Of a DNA stretch of 64,000 nucleotides, positions 21,390 through 31,998 are shown in pieces. The position numbers and the translations under genes were made by a program. The DNA is from Nostoc sp. DedSLP01. GTDB taxonomy: Bacteria > Cyanobacteriota > Cyanobacteriia > Cyanobacteriales > Nostocaceae. The notes under the pieces are model-generated. The model searched no databases and was not told the origin of the DNA. It saw only the letters and a program-made list of their open reading frames with translations. The stretch is from the NCBI GenBank assembly GCA_034530875.2, contig JAVRCJ020000003.1, positions 32,001 to 96,000 on the forward strand, written 5' to 3'. Every line of letters begins with the position of its first letter. Positions within the stretch are counted from its first letter, which is position 1.

Positions 21390-22664
21390 ATGAGCTATTA
21401 CACTCTTGCTTTTATCTTCACTACTTTTCCCCCTGAAGTAAGTGGTTCGTCACAATTTAACTGGGAGCGCGTACAATGGTTGGCACAACAAGGAATATAC
21501 CGTGTTGTTGTACTGACACCAGATTGCCAAAACCCATCAGCTTTGCCATCAGTACCATCAGATTTGTGTGAAAGGTTAATTATTGAAAGCTATCCCTCAA
21601 AACCTTGGCTTCCTTATGAACTGAATTATGTACCTACAGTAGCAGCAGAACGTCAAATTAGCGAGAGGTTGGCTTATTACAAACCACATCTAATTACTCT
21701 AGTGGATATAGAGAGGGCTTTCTTGTTTAGTACATGGCAATTCCCTGGCAAACGCTATGCAAAAGAAAACCAGATTCCATATATTACCGAATACCAAACA
21801 GATTATTACAATTTTGCAGGTAGCTATCCTGCTTGGCAATTTTTACGAGACTTAGTTATCCGTCCTTTGACCAACTATTTATATAGTCGATTCGATACCA
21901 CATTAGTTCCTAGTAAATTAGTCAAGAACAATCTCCAAAAAATTGGAATTAAAAATTCTCTCTTTGTACCCTTTTTTGGTATCGATATTTCCTTGTATAG
22001 CCCCCAGCGACGGAATCGAAAATTATTGGATAAGTGGTTAAGTGACGAGGAAAAAGATAACAAAGTTTTACTTTTTTTAGGGCGTTTGAGTTTAGAAAAA
22101 CGAGTGGATTTATTGATAGAAGCATTTGCAAGGTTAAAAACTAGACAAGAAAAGTATTCTTTGATAATTGCTGGAGATGGGCCTGCTGCTGCTGTCAAAA
22201 AATTAAAGAGCCTTGCTGCCTCTATTTCCAACATCCATTTTACAGGTTTTATTCACGGAGAAGAAAAAGCAAATTTGTTAGCTTCATGTGATGTATTTTG
22301 CAACCCTTCACCTTACGAAACTTTCGGACGAACAGTTGTGGAAGCCATGGCTTCAGGGATACCAACTGTAACTGTTAATAGCGGTGCAGTTTCTGAATAC
22401 GCAATTGATAATGTAAATTCCTATCTTGTCCCACATGATAATGTTGAAGAGTTCGCCAATACCATTGAAAAAGCCTTGTTTAAAGATAATACAGCAATAA
22501 TTAACCGCGCTCTAGAAGATGCCAATCAGCTCTCTAGCAAACAAGGATGCAAAAATCTTAATGAGTATTATCAACATTTATTAGGATTGTATAGTAATCC
22601 GCAAATAAATGCAAAAAAACTAACCGAAAATCGAGTTTATTTAGAGCAAGTTTCTCATAAATAA
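21390..22664 (+). CDS. Glycosyltransferase family 4 (GT-B)
   Basis: FLGRLSLEKR and ETFGRTVVEAMASG motifs. Confidence 0.9.
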   Translation: MSYYTLAFIFTTFPPEVSGSSQFNWERVQWLAQQGIYRVVVLTPDCQNPSALPSVPSDLCERLIIESYPSKPWLPYELNYVPTVAAERQISERLAYYKPHLITLVDIERAFLFSTWQFPGKRYAKENQIPYITEYQTDYYNFAGSYPAWQFLRDLVIRPLTNYLYSRFDTTLVPSKLVKNNLQKIGIKNSLFVPFFGIDISLYSPQRRNRKLLDKWLSDEEKDNKVLLFLGRLSLEKRVDLLIEAFARLKTRQEKYSLIIAGDGPAAAVKKLKSLAASISNIHFTGFIHGEEKANLLASCDVFCNPSPYETFGRTVVEAMASGIPTVTVNSGAVSEYAIDNVNSYLVPHDNVEEFANTIEKALFKDNTAIINRALEDANQLSSKQGCKNLNEYYQHLLGLYSNPQINAKKLTENRVYLEQVSHK

Positions 22665-22761
22665 ACAATCAATCGCAATTAAAATTATAGAGACTAAATA
22701 CAATAGTCTCTATAAATTTTTTACTGTTTGATGTAGCATAGATATCAAAAATTTTCCCAAC

Positions 22762-24288
22762 ATGACTAATACTCACTATGATGTCATAATTATAGGAACT
22801 GGTGCTGGTGGTGGAACTTTATTACATCGGTTAGCACCAAGCGGTAAGAAAATTTTAGTATTAGAAAGAGGTAATTTTCTCCCTAGAGAAAAAGCTAACT
22901 GGAGTTCAAAAGAAGTTAATCAAAATCGCCGCTATTCTACATCAGAGACATGGTACGATAAAAACGATAAAGCTGTGCATCCGATAACGCATTATTATGT
23001 CGGAGGTAACACCAAATTTTATGCCAGTGCATTACAGAGATTTCGCCAACGAGATTTTGAAAAAGTTATTCATGAAGGTGGTATTTCGCCAGAATGGCCG
23101 TTAAAATATAACGACTTTGCCCCCTACTACACCCAAGCGGAAAAACTCTATGAAGTCCACGGTAAACGCGGTCTAGATCCCACTGAACCAGACACTACTG
23201 AGGAATACCCGTTTCCAGCAATCAGTCACGAACCCTACGTGCAAGAAATCCACGATCGCTTAAAGGATAACTTCTTGCACCCATTTTTTGTACCTCTTGG
23301 GATTAAACTGAATGAAGCCCAGCGTCATTTAAGCGCCTGTATTCGCTGTGATACTTGCGATTGCTTCCCATGTTTAATCAATGGTAAATCTGATGCCGAT
23401 ATTAACTGTGTACGTCCGGCAATGACTCATGCAGATATTACCTTACTAACTCAAGCAAAAGTTTTACGTCTGCATACGAGTGCATCAGGTCGTGAAATAA
23501 CTGGAGTAGAAGCACAAATCGGCGCTCAACGTCAAATATTTTCTGCGGATATTGTTGTTGTTGCATGTGGAGCAATTAATTCGGCAGTTTTGTTACTCCA
23601 GTCTGCTAACGAGCGACATCCCAACGGATTAGCTAATAGTTCTAATCTCGTAGGGCGTAACTATATGTATCATAACAACGGTGTTGTCATCAGTTTATCA
23701 CAGCAACAAAAGCCGACAGTTTTTTCCAAAACACTGGCTATATATGATTTTTATTGGGGTGATAAAGAATTTCCTTTCCCAATGGGAATCGTGCATTCGC
23801 GGGGTAGTGTCGATAAAGATTTAATAGCCACGTATGGGCCGCCTTTTATGCCTAGCTTCATACCTGAAGAGTTATCAAAATATTCCTTTAGTTGGTGGAT
23901 TATCTCAGAAGATTTACCAGATATTAATAATCGCGTCTGGATTAAAGATAATAAAATCGTGCTTGATTGTACTAACAACAATATGCAAGCATTTAATCGT
24001 TTAATGCAGCGTTGGGTTGAAACATTAAAATTAATCAATCAAGGTAAATCTTTATATTTTAAACATCGAATTGGGCTAGAAGGTGTTGCACATCAATGCG
24101 GTACTTGTGTTTTTGGCGAAGATCCAACCACTTCAGTTCTGAATTTGAATTGCTGCACCCATGATGTTGAAAACCTTTACGTTGTTGATGGCAGTTTTTT
24201 CCCTTCATGTGCTGCTGTAAATCCTTCACTAACGATTATGGCAAATGCCTTACGTGTTGGAGACCATTTGTTAAAAGTACTCGCCTAA
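22762..24288 (+). CDS. GMC-family oxidoreductase
   Basis: IIGTGAGG FAD motif, VGGNTKFY, HQCGT and NPSLTIMANALR. Confidence 0.92.
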   Translation: MTNTHYDVIIIGTGAGGGTLLHRLAPSGKKILVLERGNFLPREKANWSSKEVNQNRRYSTSETWYDKNDKAVHPITHYYVGGNTKFYASALQRFRQRDFEKVIHEGGISPEWPLKYNDFAPYYTQAEKLYEVHGKRGLDPTEPDTTEEYPFPAISHEPYVQEIHDRLKDNFLHPFFVPLGIKLNEAQRHLSACIRCDTCDCFPCLINGKSDADINCVRPAMTHADITLLTQAKVLRLHTSASGREITGVEAQIGAQRQIFSADIVVVACGAINSAVLLLQSANERHPNGLANSSNLVGRNYMYHNNGVVISLSQQQKPTVFSKTLAIYDFYWGDKEFPFPMGIVHSRGSVDKDLIATYGPPFMPSFIPEELSKYSFSWWIISEDLPDINNRVWIKDNKIVLDCTNNNMQAFNRLMQRWVETLKLINQGKSLYFKHRIGLEGVAHQCGTCVFGEDPTTSVLNLNCCTHDVENLYVVDGSFFPSCAAVNPSLTIMANALRVGDHLLKVLA

Positions 24289-24432
24289 TAAGTTTGGGTG
24301 TAAAAATAGCCTTCTTTTGTGATTCTGGCTGAAAAATATACTTTGGAAAAAAAAGTTTAATTGAAATAAACGTTTCGCAAAATAATTCCAAAGCAAAAAT
24401 CAAGAAATTCAAGAGAACTGAGGTGAAATCAG

Positions 24433-25587
24433 ATGAAAAAAGTGCATTTAATGATATATGATTTAGGCGCAGGTCACCGGAGTACAGCTAATGCTTTGAA
24501 AGAAGTTATCGAAAAACGAAAATTGTCATGGGAAATTAAAATTGTTGATGTCTTTAAAGAAATTTTTGGCACGACTACGCCCCACTATATCTACAACAAT
24601 TTTGTATTGAAAAAAAAATGGGCAAGACTTATTAATGATTCTCTATCTGTACCTTTTTTCAAGCAGCAAATTCGCTTCAACCATAATGCTTGGCAAAAGC
24701 TTCTGAGAAATTATTGGCGGCAGCACCAGCCTGATATGGTAGTTTCATTGCTTCCACTTGTGAACCGAGTGCTTTACGAAAGCTTACAGGCAGAACTGCC
24801 AGGTACTCCCTTTGTGACTTCCATGACGGATTTTGCTGATTCTCCCCCTAACTTTTGGATAGAAAAGCAAGAGCAATATCTCATTTGTCCTTCTGAGAAA
24901 GCAGTTCACCAAGCCGAATCTTGCGGTTATCCAGAAAACAGAATTTTCCGCACTTCAGGAATAATTATCCAGCCTCGTTTTAATCAGCCTATTACTATCG
25001 ATCGCTACATTCAAAGACAACGCTTGGGACTAGATCCAAATTTACCCACCGGCTTAGTTATATTTGGTAGTCACGGCTCAAAGGAAATGATCGAGATTAC
25101 CGAGAGTATAGAGCAATCATCGCTGAAGTTGCAACTCATATTTATATGCGGACGTAATGAAAAACTAGCAACAGATTTGCAAAATCGTCAAAGCCGCTTA
25201 CCCAAGTTTGTGGAAAACTTTACTACTCAAATTCCTTACTATATGCATTTGTCCGATTTCTTCATTGGCAAACCGGGTAGTGTCGGTATTAGTGAAGCTG
25301 TGGCAATGAATTTGCCAGTAATTACAGAATGTAATGCTTTAACGCTCCATCAAGAAAAACCCACAACTGAGTGGCTGGCAAGTAATGAGTTCGGAATTGT
25401 AGTTAATAATTTTCGCAAAGATATCACTCAAGCGATCGCACAGCTCATTGAGCCAGAAAATTTTGCTCGCTATCAGGCTAATGTCAGAGCTTACAATAAT
25501 CAGGCTGTATTTGAAGTGGCTGATATTTTGGCAGGCATCCTGGAATCCCAGACTACTCACAATCGCCTCGTGGCTCAAAGAGCTTGA
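24433..25587 (+). CDS. MGDG-synthase-like glycosyltransferase (GT28)
   Basis: GAGHRSTANAL, ICGRNEKL and IGKPG...SEA motifs. Confidence 0.85.
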   Translation: MKKVHLMIYDLGAGHRSTANALKEVIEKRKLSWEIKIVDVFKEIFGTTTPHYIYNNFVLKKKWARLINDSLSVPFFKQQIRFNHNAWQKLLRNYWRQHQPDMVVSLLPLVNRVLYESLQAELPGTPFVTSMTDFADSPPNFWIEKQEQYLICPSEKAVHQAESCGYPENRIFRTSGIIIQPRFNQPITIDRYIQRQRLGLDPNLPTGLVIFGSHGSKEMIEITESIEQSSLKLQLIFICGRNEKLATDLQNRQSRLPKFVENFTTQIPYYMHLSDFFIGKPGSVGISEAVAMNLPVITECNALTLHQEKPTTEWLASNEFGIVVNNFRKDITQAIAQLIEPENFARYQANVRAYNNQAVFEVADILAGILESQTTHNRLVAQRA

Positions 25588-25717
25588 CTTGAAAAACTCA
25601 CAAATCCTGTTTCTAACTTCTCAGAATTGCTCAAATCTGAATCTTTAAGCAGCAATCTCAGAGAAATTAAAACTATCAACATATCTGCGTTGTTTGCTAA
25701 ATAACCGAGTCAAAGAA

Positions 25718-26845
25718 ATGAGATTTGATTGGCTGATAATCGGAGCGGGATATTCAGCCTGTGTCATGGCTGAACGACTGGCAACTCAACTTGCACACAG
25801 GGTCTTAATTGTCGAGCAAAGAGATCGCATTGGCGGCAATGCCTATGACTACTACAACGAGCATGGCATTTTAACTCATAAATACGGGCCTCACATCTTT
25901 CACACTAAGTCGAAAAAAGTCTGGGATTATCTCTCTCAATTTACAGAATGGAGACACTACTATCACCATGTGCTAGGAGTAGTGGAAGGTAAGAAAGTTC
26001 CCATTCCTTTTAACCTCAATTCCCTTTATGCTCTTTTTCCTCCAAAGTATGCAGAAAAACTAGAAAATTTACTTCTAGAAAACTTTGGTTTTGGGGTAAA
26101 AGTACCAATTTTAAAACTGCGTGAAAGTGCCAGCGGTGACCTAGCTTTTTTAGCTGATTATATTTATGAAAATATTTTCCTCCGCTACACCATGAAGCAG
26201 TGGGGAGTGAAACCAGAGGAATTGGATCGAGGAGTAACCGGACGCGTTCCAGTCTACATCAGTCGGGATAACCGCTACTTTCAAGACCCTTACCAAGCTA
26301 TGCCGAAACTTGGCTACACCGAAATGTTCCGTCGAATGTTGGCTCACCCCAATATTAAGGTGCTTTTAAATACAGATTATCGAGAAATCATCAACGACGT
26401 TAAATTTAATCGCATACTTTGCACTGGGCCGATTGATACTTTTTTTGATTATATGTATGGCGAGTTACCTTATCGGAGTTTGCGCTTTGAATTTGAGACT
26501 TTAGATCGAGAGTGTTATCAAGAAGTTGGTACAGTCAATTATCCCAACGACTACGAAATCACCCGCATAACCGAGCAGAAGTATTTGTCAGGACAAACTT
26601 CTCCCAAAACTACCCTGGTGATGGAATATCCGCAAGCTTATATCCCAGGAAAAAACGATCCCTATTATCCCATCCTCAATGACGATAACCGCGATCGCCT
26701 GAACCTATATCTCAAAGAGGTAGAAAAACTCAACGGTACAGTATTGTTTGCAGGACGACTTGCAGATTACAAGTATTACGATATGGATCATGCAGTCCTT
26801 CGCGCACTGGGTTTGTTTGAGAAAGAAATAGCAAATTCAAAATAA
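25718..26845 (+). CDS. glf: UDP-galactopyranose mutase (ORF track starts at 25694)
   Basis: IGGNAYD, HKYGPHIFHT, PYRSLRF, TRITE and GRLADYKYYDMD motifs. Confidence 0.93.
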   Translation: MRFDWLIIGAGYSACVMAERLATQLAHRVLIVEQRDRIGGNAYDYYNEHGILTHKYGPHIFHTKSKKVWDYLSQFTEWRHYYHHVLGVVEGKKVPIPFNLNSLYALFPPKYAEKLENLLLENFGFGVKVPILKLRESASGDLAFLADYIYENIFLRYTMKQWGVKPEELDRGVTGRVPVYISRDNRYFQDPYQAMPKLGYTEMFRRMLAHPNIKVLLNTDYREIINDVKFNRILCTGPIDTFFDYMYGELPYRSLRFEFETLDRECYQEVGTVNYPNDYEITRITEQKYLSGQTSPKTTLVMEYPQAYIPGKNDPYYPILNDDNRDRLNLYLKEVEKLNGTVLFAGRLADYKYYDMDHAVLRALGLFEKEIANSK

Positions 26846-26996
26846 GGTCTGGGAAAAAAAGGGTATATGGGTATGAGGGTGTAGGGGTATAAGAGAAGAA
26901 GTGAATTTCCATTAACTCTTGTTCCATTACACCCTTACACCAATATACCCAGACAATGTTTGTGCGTAAGTCCTGAGAAATTGCGAAGCATCTGGA

Positions 26997-28550
26997 GTGT
27001 TTTTAACGATGAATCGATTTAGCGAACAAGCGATTGCGCTCTTGGTGATGGGTTTGGCACTTTTTATGGCAAATCTCGATGATACCGTCATGAATGTAGC
27101 GCTTCCCAAGATTCAAATTAGTCTAGGTTCCGATCTCTCGCAATTGCAGTGGATTCTTAACGCCTACACCCTGACTGCTGCTAGTTTAATATTGACGAGT
27201 GGGACATTGGGCGATATATATGGGCGCAAACGAATTTTCCTTACAGGCCTGGTAGTTTTCACAATTGCTTCTATAATTTGCAGTCTAGCTCCCAATTTAG
27301 GAATTTTGATTGCTGGGCGTACTTTTCAGGGAATCGGTGCTGCTGTCTTAGTAACAATTTCTCTGTCTATTCTCACTGAAAAGTTTCCTGAGCCAAAGCA
27401 GAGAGCTAAAGCTCTTGGTATCTGGGCTGGGATATCAGGAATAGCTCTGGTTGCCGGGCCTGTGCTTGGTGGGTTGTTAGTAGATAACTTGGGATGGCAG
27501 AGTGTGTTCTTTCTCAACGTGCCCCTTGGCGCGGTCGTTTTTTGGCTGACCTCCCGCGTTATCAGAGAAAGTAAAAATCCCGGAAAGCAGCGTCTTGATG
27601 TGCCAGGTTTGGTGTTGAGTATAGTGTTGCTGGCATCACTGACCTACGCACTTACCGAGGGTAACGCTGGCCTGTGGCGATCCCCGTTGATTGTTTTTTT
27701 GCTGGCGATGGCTGGATTGAGCCTTTTGGGTTTTTTGCTTGTTGAGTCCCGCAGTAGCCACCCAATGCTGCCACTACATTTATTCAATAACCCAACCTTT
27801 GCTGTAGTCAACATCGTCTCAGTTTTAGTGTTTTTCACTCTCGTCAGCTTGCTGTTCATCTTCAGCCTGTTTTTACAGCAAGTACAGGGTTACTCGGCGG
27901 CGGCTACTGGTGTGCGCTTTTTGCCGATGAATGCGGCTTTTGTAATTGCATCACTTTGTTCTGGGTGGTTCGCTGCTCGTTTGGGGTGGCGGTTTGGAAT
28001 TGCAACGGGACTATTGCTTGCAGGCATGGCTGCCTTATCGTTTATACAAGTAAATGCCGATACGGAGTATGGAGCCATCTGGTGGAAGCTTATTCTCTGT
28101 GGGTTTGGTGCTGGCTTAACACTAGCGCCTTTGACAGCAGCAGCCATGAGTACCGTAGCCCCGACTCAAACAGGAATTGCCTCAGGGATACTTAACACTA
28201 GTAACCGTCTCGGCAGTGTTCTGGGAGTTGCCCTACAGGGAACAATTTTGACACAACGCCTTGCTTCGGATTTGAGGCGATCGCTTTCTGCTTGGGATCT
28301 ACCCTCAAACCTAAAACAACAGCTTATTGTCGATGCTTTGCACGGTGCAGCGAAAGTTCCTAGCGACCTCCCAGGCAGTATTTCTGAGGTCGATCTGGAG
28401 CAAGCGATTAATAATGCCTTCGTATCAGGTCTACATGCAGCTATACTCGTAGCTAGTTTTGCCCTTCTAACTGGAGCATTTTTGATTCTGGTATTTGTTC
28501 AACCAACTTTTAAGGAAGCCACCAGCAATTCTCGTCTTTCTGTTAAGTAA
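26997..28550 (+). CDS. MFS exporter, DHA2 (EmrB/QacA) family
   Basis: LDDTVMNVALP, GTLGDIYGRKR and WQSVFFLNVP motifs; many hydrophobic helices. Confidence 0.9.
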   Translation: MFLTMNRFSEQAIALLVMGLALFMANLDDTVMNVALPKIQISLGSDLSQLQWILNAYTLTAASLILTSGTLGDIYGRKRIFLTGLVVFTIASIICSLAPNLGILIAGRTFQGIGAAVLVTISLSILTEKFPEPKQRAKALGIWAGISGIALVAGPVLGGLLVDNLGWQSVFFLNVPLGAVVFWLTSRVIRESKNPGKQRLDVPGLVLSIVLLASLTYALTEGNAGLWRSPLIVFLLAMAGLSLLGFLLVESRSSHPMLPLHLFNNPTFAVVNIVSVLVFFTLVSLLFIFSLFLQQVQGYSAAATGVRFLPMNAAFVIASLCSGWFAARLGWRFGIATGLLLAGMAALSFIQVNADTEYGAIWWKLILCGFGAGLTLAPLTAAAMSTVAPTQTGIASGILNTSNRLGSVLGVALQGTILTQRLASDLRRSLSAWDLPSNLKQQLIVDALHGAAKVPSDLPGSISEVDLEQAINNAFVSGLHAAILVASFALLTGAFLILVFVQPTFKEATSNSRLSVK

Positions 28551-29769
28551 AGGTCAAATAGTAAATTTTAGAGGCAGATTTACAACAGGTAATACCAATT
28601 TGAAAAAAGAATGCGACAGATACATAAGCTCTAAATCTGTTGTTATAGGTAACTTTATTTTTTGAGAATTTCTACTCAATAAAAACCTAAATATTTTCAA
28701 TTAAGGATTTAAACAACTTGCTTATGTGATTTCCAAACCTGAAGTAGATTTAAAGTTAACAAGTATTTTTATTAACATCAAAACTTCAGAAACCTAACTC
28801 CCTTAGCCTCCCTTTTCTACAAGAAAATGGGGGTTGCAAAACCTCTCTCTGTTTCCAAGAGAGGTGTAGAGAGGAATTGATAGTACACTTTATGGCTTTT
28901 CCAAATTCTCTAAAGAGAGAAATATAGTAGATGACTTCATTCGACATCTGCAAATAAAGTGCGAGTACGATAGAAAGCTGTTTATTTTTTTCTATTAGCT
29001 CTTTATTCAGCTTTTTAGCAGTTAATTGCTGTTCTATTTAATATCACAAAATGTTTTATTTTGTGTACCAAATTTGCTAAATTTTTTATAAAGTTTAGAT
29101 GAATTCTTAAGAATAGCCAAATAATGTCTTGACAGACTGAGCATGAATTTACAATACTACTAACAAATACTTATGTGCGTATAAAAACGCTGATTTAAGT
29201 CTGTTTTTTGGCAAAAGTTTTTCCTCTAGACGAGTTATTTCATTTATTTGCTATTACACTTTTCTTTTGAAAGTGAGCATTAATTTAAGGTTTTTGCTGC
29301 AAGAAATATGTCATATTTTACTGACACATGACGCTAAGATTTTTTAGCACAGCGGACTTGTGCTGGAATTAATCAAATTTTCAGGGTTGCATCTTCGCAG
29401 GATAACTAAGGCTACGACAGACAAAGCATTATAGTACTGCACATGATGTAAGATAGCTTTACCATTTTTACTGAAGTATGGATATTGAAGTGCATAAAAA
29501 TACTTCCTAAATAAATATTAATTTAGGAATTAATAATTGGGTTGGTTTACTATCGCGACCATTATTTTTCTGCTAGCCTGAGCATTTTTGATTTTGGTGT
29601 TTGTTAGACCAAGTTTGAACTAAACGGTTGAAAAATCTTTACTTTTTCTCAAAAAATAAACGCACAAAATAAATTTTTTAGGTGCATCTACACGAACTAA
29701 GGCAAAGTAGCGACAAATGTAAATGTTACATCTCAAAAAACTGAAATTCTAAAAAAGGACTGAAATGAA

Positions 29770-31998
29770 ATGGCTACTCCTAAAGTAATCTCTTCGTTAT
29801 TTACACCTGCCAGCGATCTAGTCTTTGGAGGGCAAGTAAATTTTGAAGCCATTTTCGGGCGTGCAGGAAACGATCTGATTTACAGTTACGATCCTGATGT
29901 AGATAATACTCAAAGTCAAAATATTGATTTTTTGTTTGGCGACCTATTTGATAATTCACCAGAAGAATTTGGGGTTATTCTTAATATTCAACAAGGTAAT
30001 CTCTTAGCTATTTTAGATACAAATATACCATCAGTAGGAAAGGATAAATTTATTCTTGGCGACAAAAACCAACCCTACTACACAAATAATGGCAGCCCAG
30101 GCAATTTACTCACCACAGATTTTCTTGGTTTGAATGAGTACGCCTTAATTTATGATTTCAGTCCGTCTCAAGATACTATACGGCTAAATGGCAAAAAAGA
30201 AGACTATCGAATAGTAGAAATTAATGGATTAAAGGTTGAGGGAATCGAACCACTTTTTTATGGAAAGGCAATTTTTTCAATCCAACAGGGAATACCTGAC
30301 CTCGTTAGTTTTGTAATTTCCAAACCTGAAGTAGATTTAGATCTTAATGGATCGTATTTCGAGTTTATAGGCGAAAAACCACTAACAAAACCAGCAAAAA
30401 AGAAGATTGGGCAATTAGGAACTACTGCTATAGATGTTGGTACTGCTGCCGCTACAGATCCTTCGGGCAATGTATACATAGCAGGATTTACTGGCGGCTC
30501 TTTGCAAGGAACCAGTAAAGGTTCTACAGATGGCTGGGTAATTAAATATGATAAAAGTGGCAATCAGTTGTGGGGTAAACAGATTGGTAGTTCTAATTTG
30601 GATCAAATCTATTCTACAGTCACAGACAAGGACGGTAACTTTTATTTAGCAGGGCCTACAGGGGGCAACTTATTTGGAGCCAAACAATCACAAGATAGTG
30701 ATGTTTGGGTAGCTAAGTACGACAAAAATGGTAATCAGTTGTGGGGTAAACAGTTTGGAACTAATGTAACTGGAGGTTTTGCTAATGCTAGCTTTGGTCT
30801 AGATGTAGATGAAAAGAACAATGTCTACTTATCGGGATTAGCAATTAAGGAAAATACAAATCTGAACATTTTCAATTTTCCCGTTCAAGATGATTCTTGG
30901 GTGGCTAAATTCGATAGTAATGGTAATCAGCAGTGGTTTACGCAAATTAAAGATCCGAATGCGGGTTTCCCTTTTAACCTAGCTCCCTTTTTTGACGAAA
31001 CTTACGATCTTGCCGTCGATAAGGATGGCAATAGTTACCTTTCAGGATGGACTCAAGGTTTAGTAAAAGAGTCAGACCCGTCTCGAAATCTTTTAAAGTA
31101 CGATGCTTGGTTGGCGAAGGTCAATCCCGGCGGTCAGGTACAGTGGGTTCAGCAGTTTGGGAGTAAAAATGAGGGTACTGAATTTTCATGGGCTGTTGAC
31201 ACTGATAGTAAGGGAAATATCTATGCTACCGGATGGACTACAGGCGACTTAGGAACAAAGGATAAAAAGGGTAGCAAAATCGGATCTTACGATGTTTGGC
31301 TGGCTAAGTTTACCCCAGATGGAACTCAGGTGTGGGCTAAACAGTTTGGCTCTAAAGGTGATGATGGCGTCTACTTATCTGACTTAGAGATTGATTCACA
31401 AGACAACATCTTCTTGACAGGATATTCTAACGATAAGTTAGGAAAAGGCAACAAAGATACGGCTTATAATGCTTTTGTCGCAAAGTTCGACACTAACGGC
31501 ACAAACAAGTGGATTCAACAGTTCGGCAGCAAATCCAGACTCGACTACGCTACAGGTCTTACTGCTGACGATACTGGTAGGCTTTTCGTTACTGGAGTTA
31601 CAGATGGCTTATTGGGCAGTGGTACTAGTGCAAATAATGGCTCGGCTTTAGATGCTTGGGTGGCCGAACTTAATGCAAATAATGGTAAACTACGAAAATT
31701 TACTGGCACTGCAAACGATGTAATTAGTATTACCGATCCCGGGCCAATCCCCACTATTGATGTAACTGATGATTTTGTGACTGATGATAAGTTACCTAGT
31801 GGTGATAATATCATTGACCCCGCTAAGGGAATCAATACGGACGTCAAGTCATTTAATTATGGACAATTCTCTTCTAAACTTGGCGATATATTCGACCCTA
31901 ACGAACAAAACTCTTTTGCTTCAGTATTGTCTCGGGGAGTTAGTAGTGGTAATGCTCCCTTCCTCAGTAATGATGATTTAAAATTTTTACAACGTTAA
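29770..31998 (+). CDS. CylK/BrtB-like protein (RTX-like N-terminus plus SBBP beta-propeller repeats), putative alkyl-halide-using alkyltransferase
   Basis: GRAGND and DKFILGD...YALIYDF in the N-domain; about seven repeats of D..GN.Y..G.T...D.WVAK.D..G.Q.W..Q.G; linked to a CylC homolog. Confidence 0.7.
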   Translation: MATPKVISSLFTPASDLVFGGQVNFEAIFGRAGNDLIYSYDPDVDNTQSQNIDFLFGDLFDNSPEEFGVILNIQQGNLLAILDTNIPSVGKDKFILGDKNQPYYTNNGSPGNLLTTDFLGLNEYALIYDFSPSQDTIRLNGKKEDYRIVEINGLKVEGIEPLFYGKAIFSIQQGIPDLVSFVISKPEVDLDLNGSYFEFIGEKPLTKPAKKKIGQLGTTAIDVGTAAATDPSGNVYIAGFTGGSLQGTSKGSTDGWVIKYDKSGNQLWGKQIGSSNLDQIYSTVTDKDGNFYLAGPTGGNLFGAKQSQDSDVWVAKYDKNGNQLWGKQFGTNVTGGFANASFGLDVDEKNNVYLSGLAIKENTNLNIFNFPVQDDSWVAKFDSNGNQQWFTQIKDPNAGFPFNLAPFFDETYDLAVDKDGNSYLSGWTQGLVKESDPSRNLLKYDAWLAKVNPGGQVQWVQQFGSKNEGTEFSWAVDTDSKGNIYATGWTTGDLGTKDKKGSKIGSYDVWLAKFTPDGTQVWAKQFGSKGDDGVYLSDLEIDSQDNIFLTGYSNDKLGKGNKDTAYNAFVAKFDTNGTNKWIQQFGSKSRLDYATGLTADDTGRLFVTGVTDGLLGSGTSANNGSALDAWVAELNANNGKLRKFTGTANDVISITDPGPIPTIDVTDDFVTDDKLPSGDNIIDPAKGINTDVKSFNYGQFSSKLGDIFDPNEQNSFASVLSRGVSSGNAPFLSNDDLKFLQR

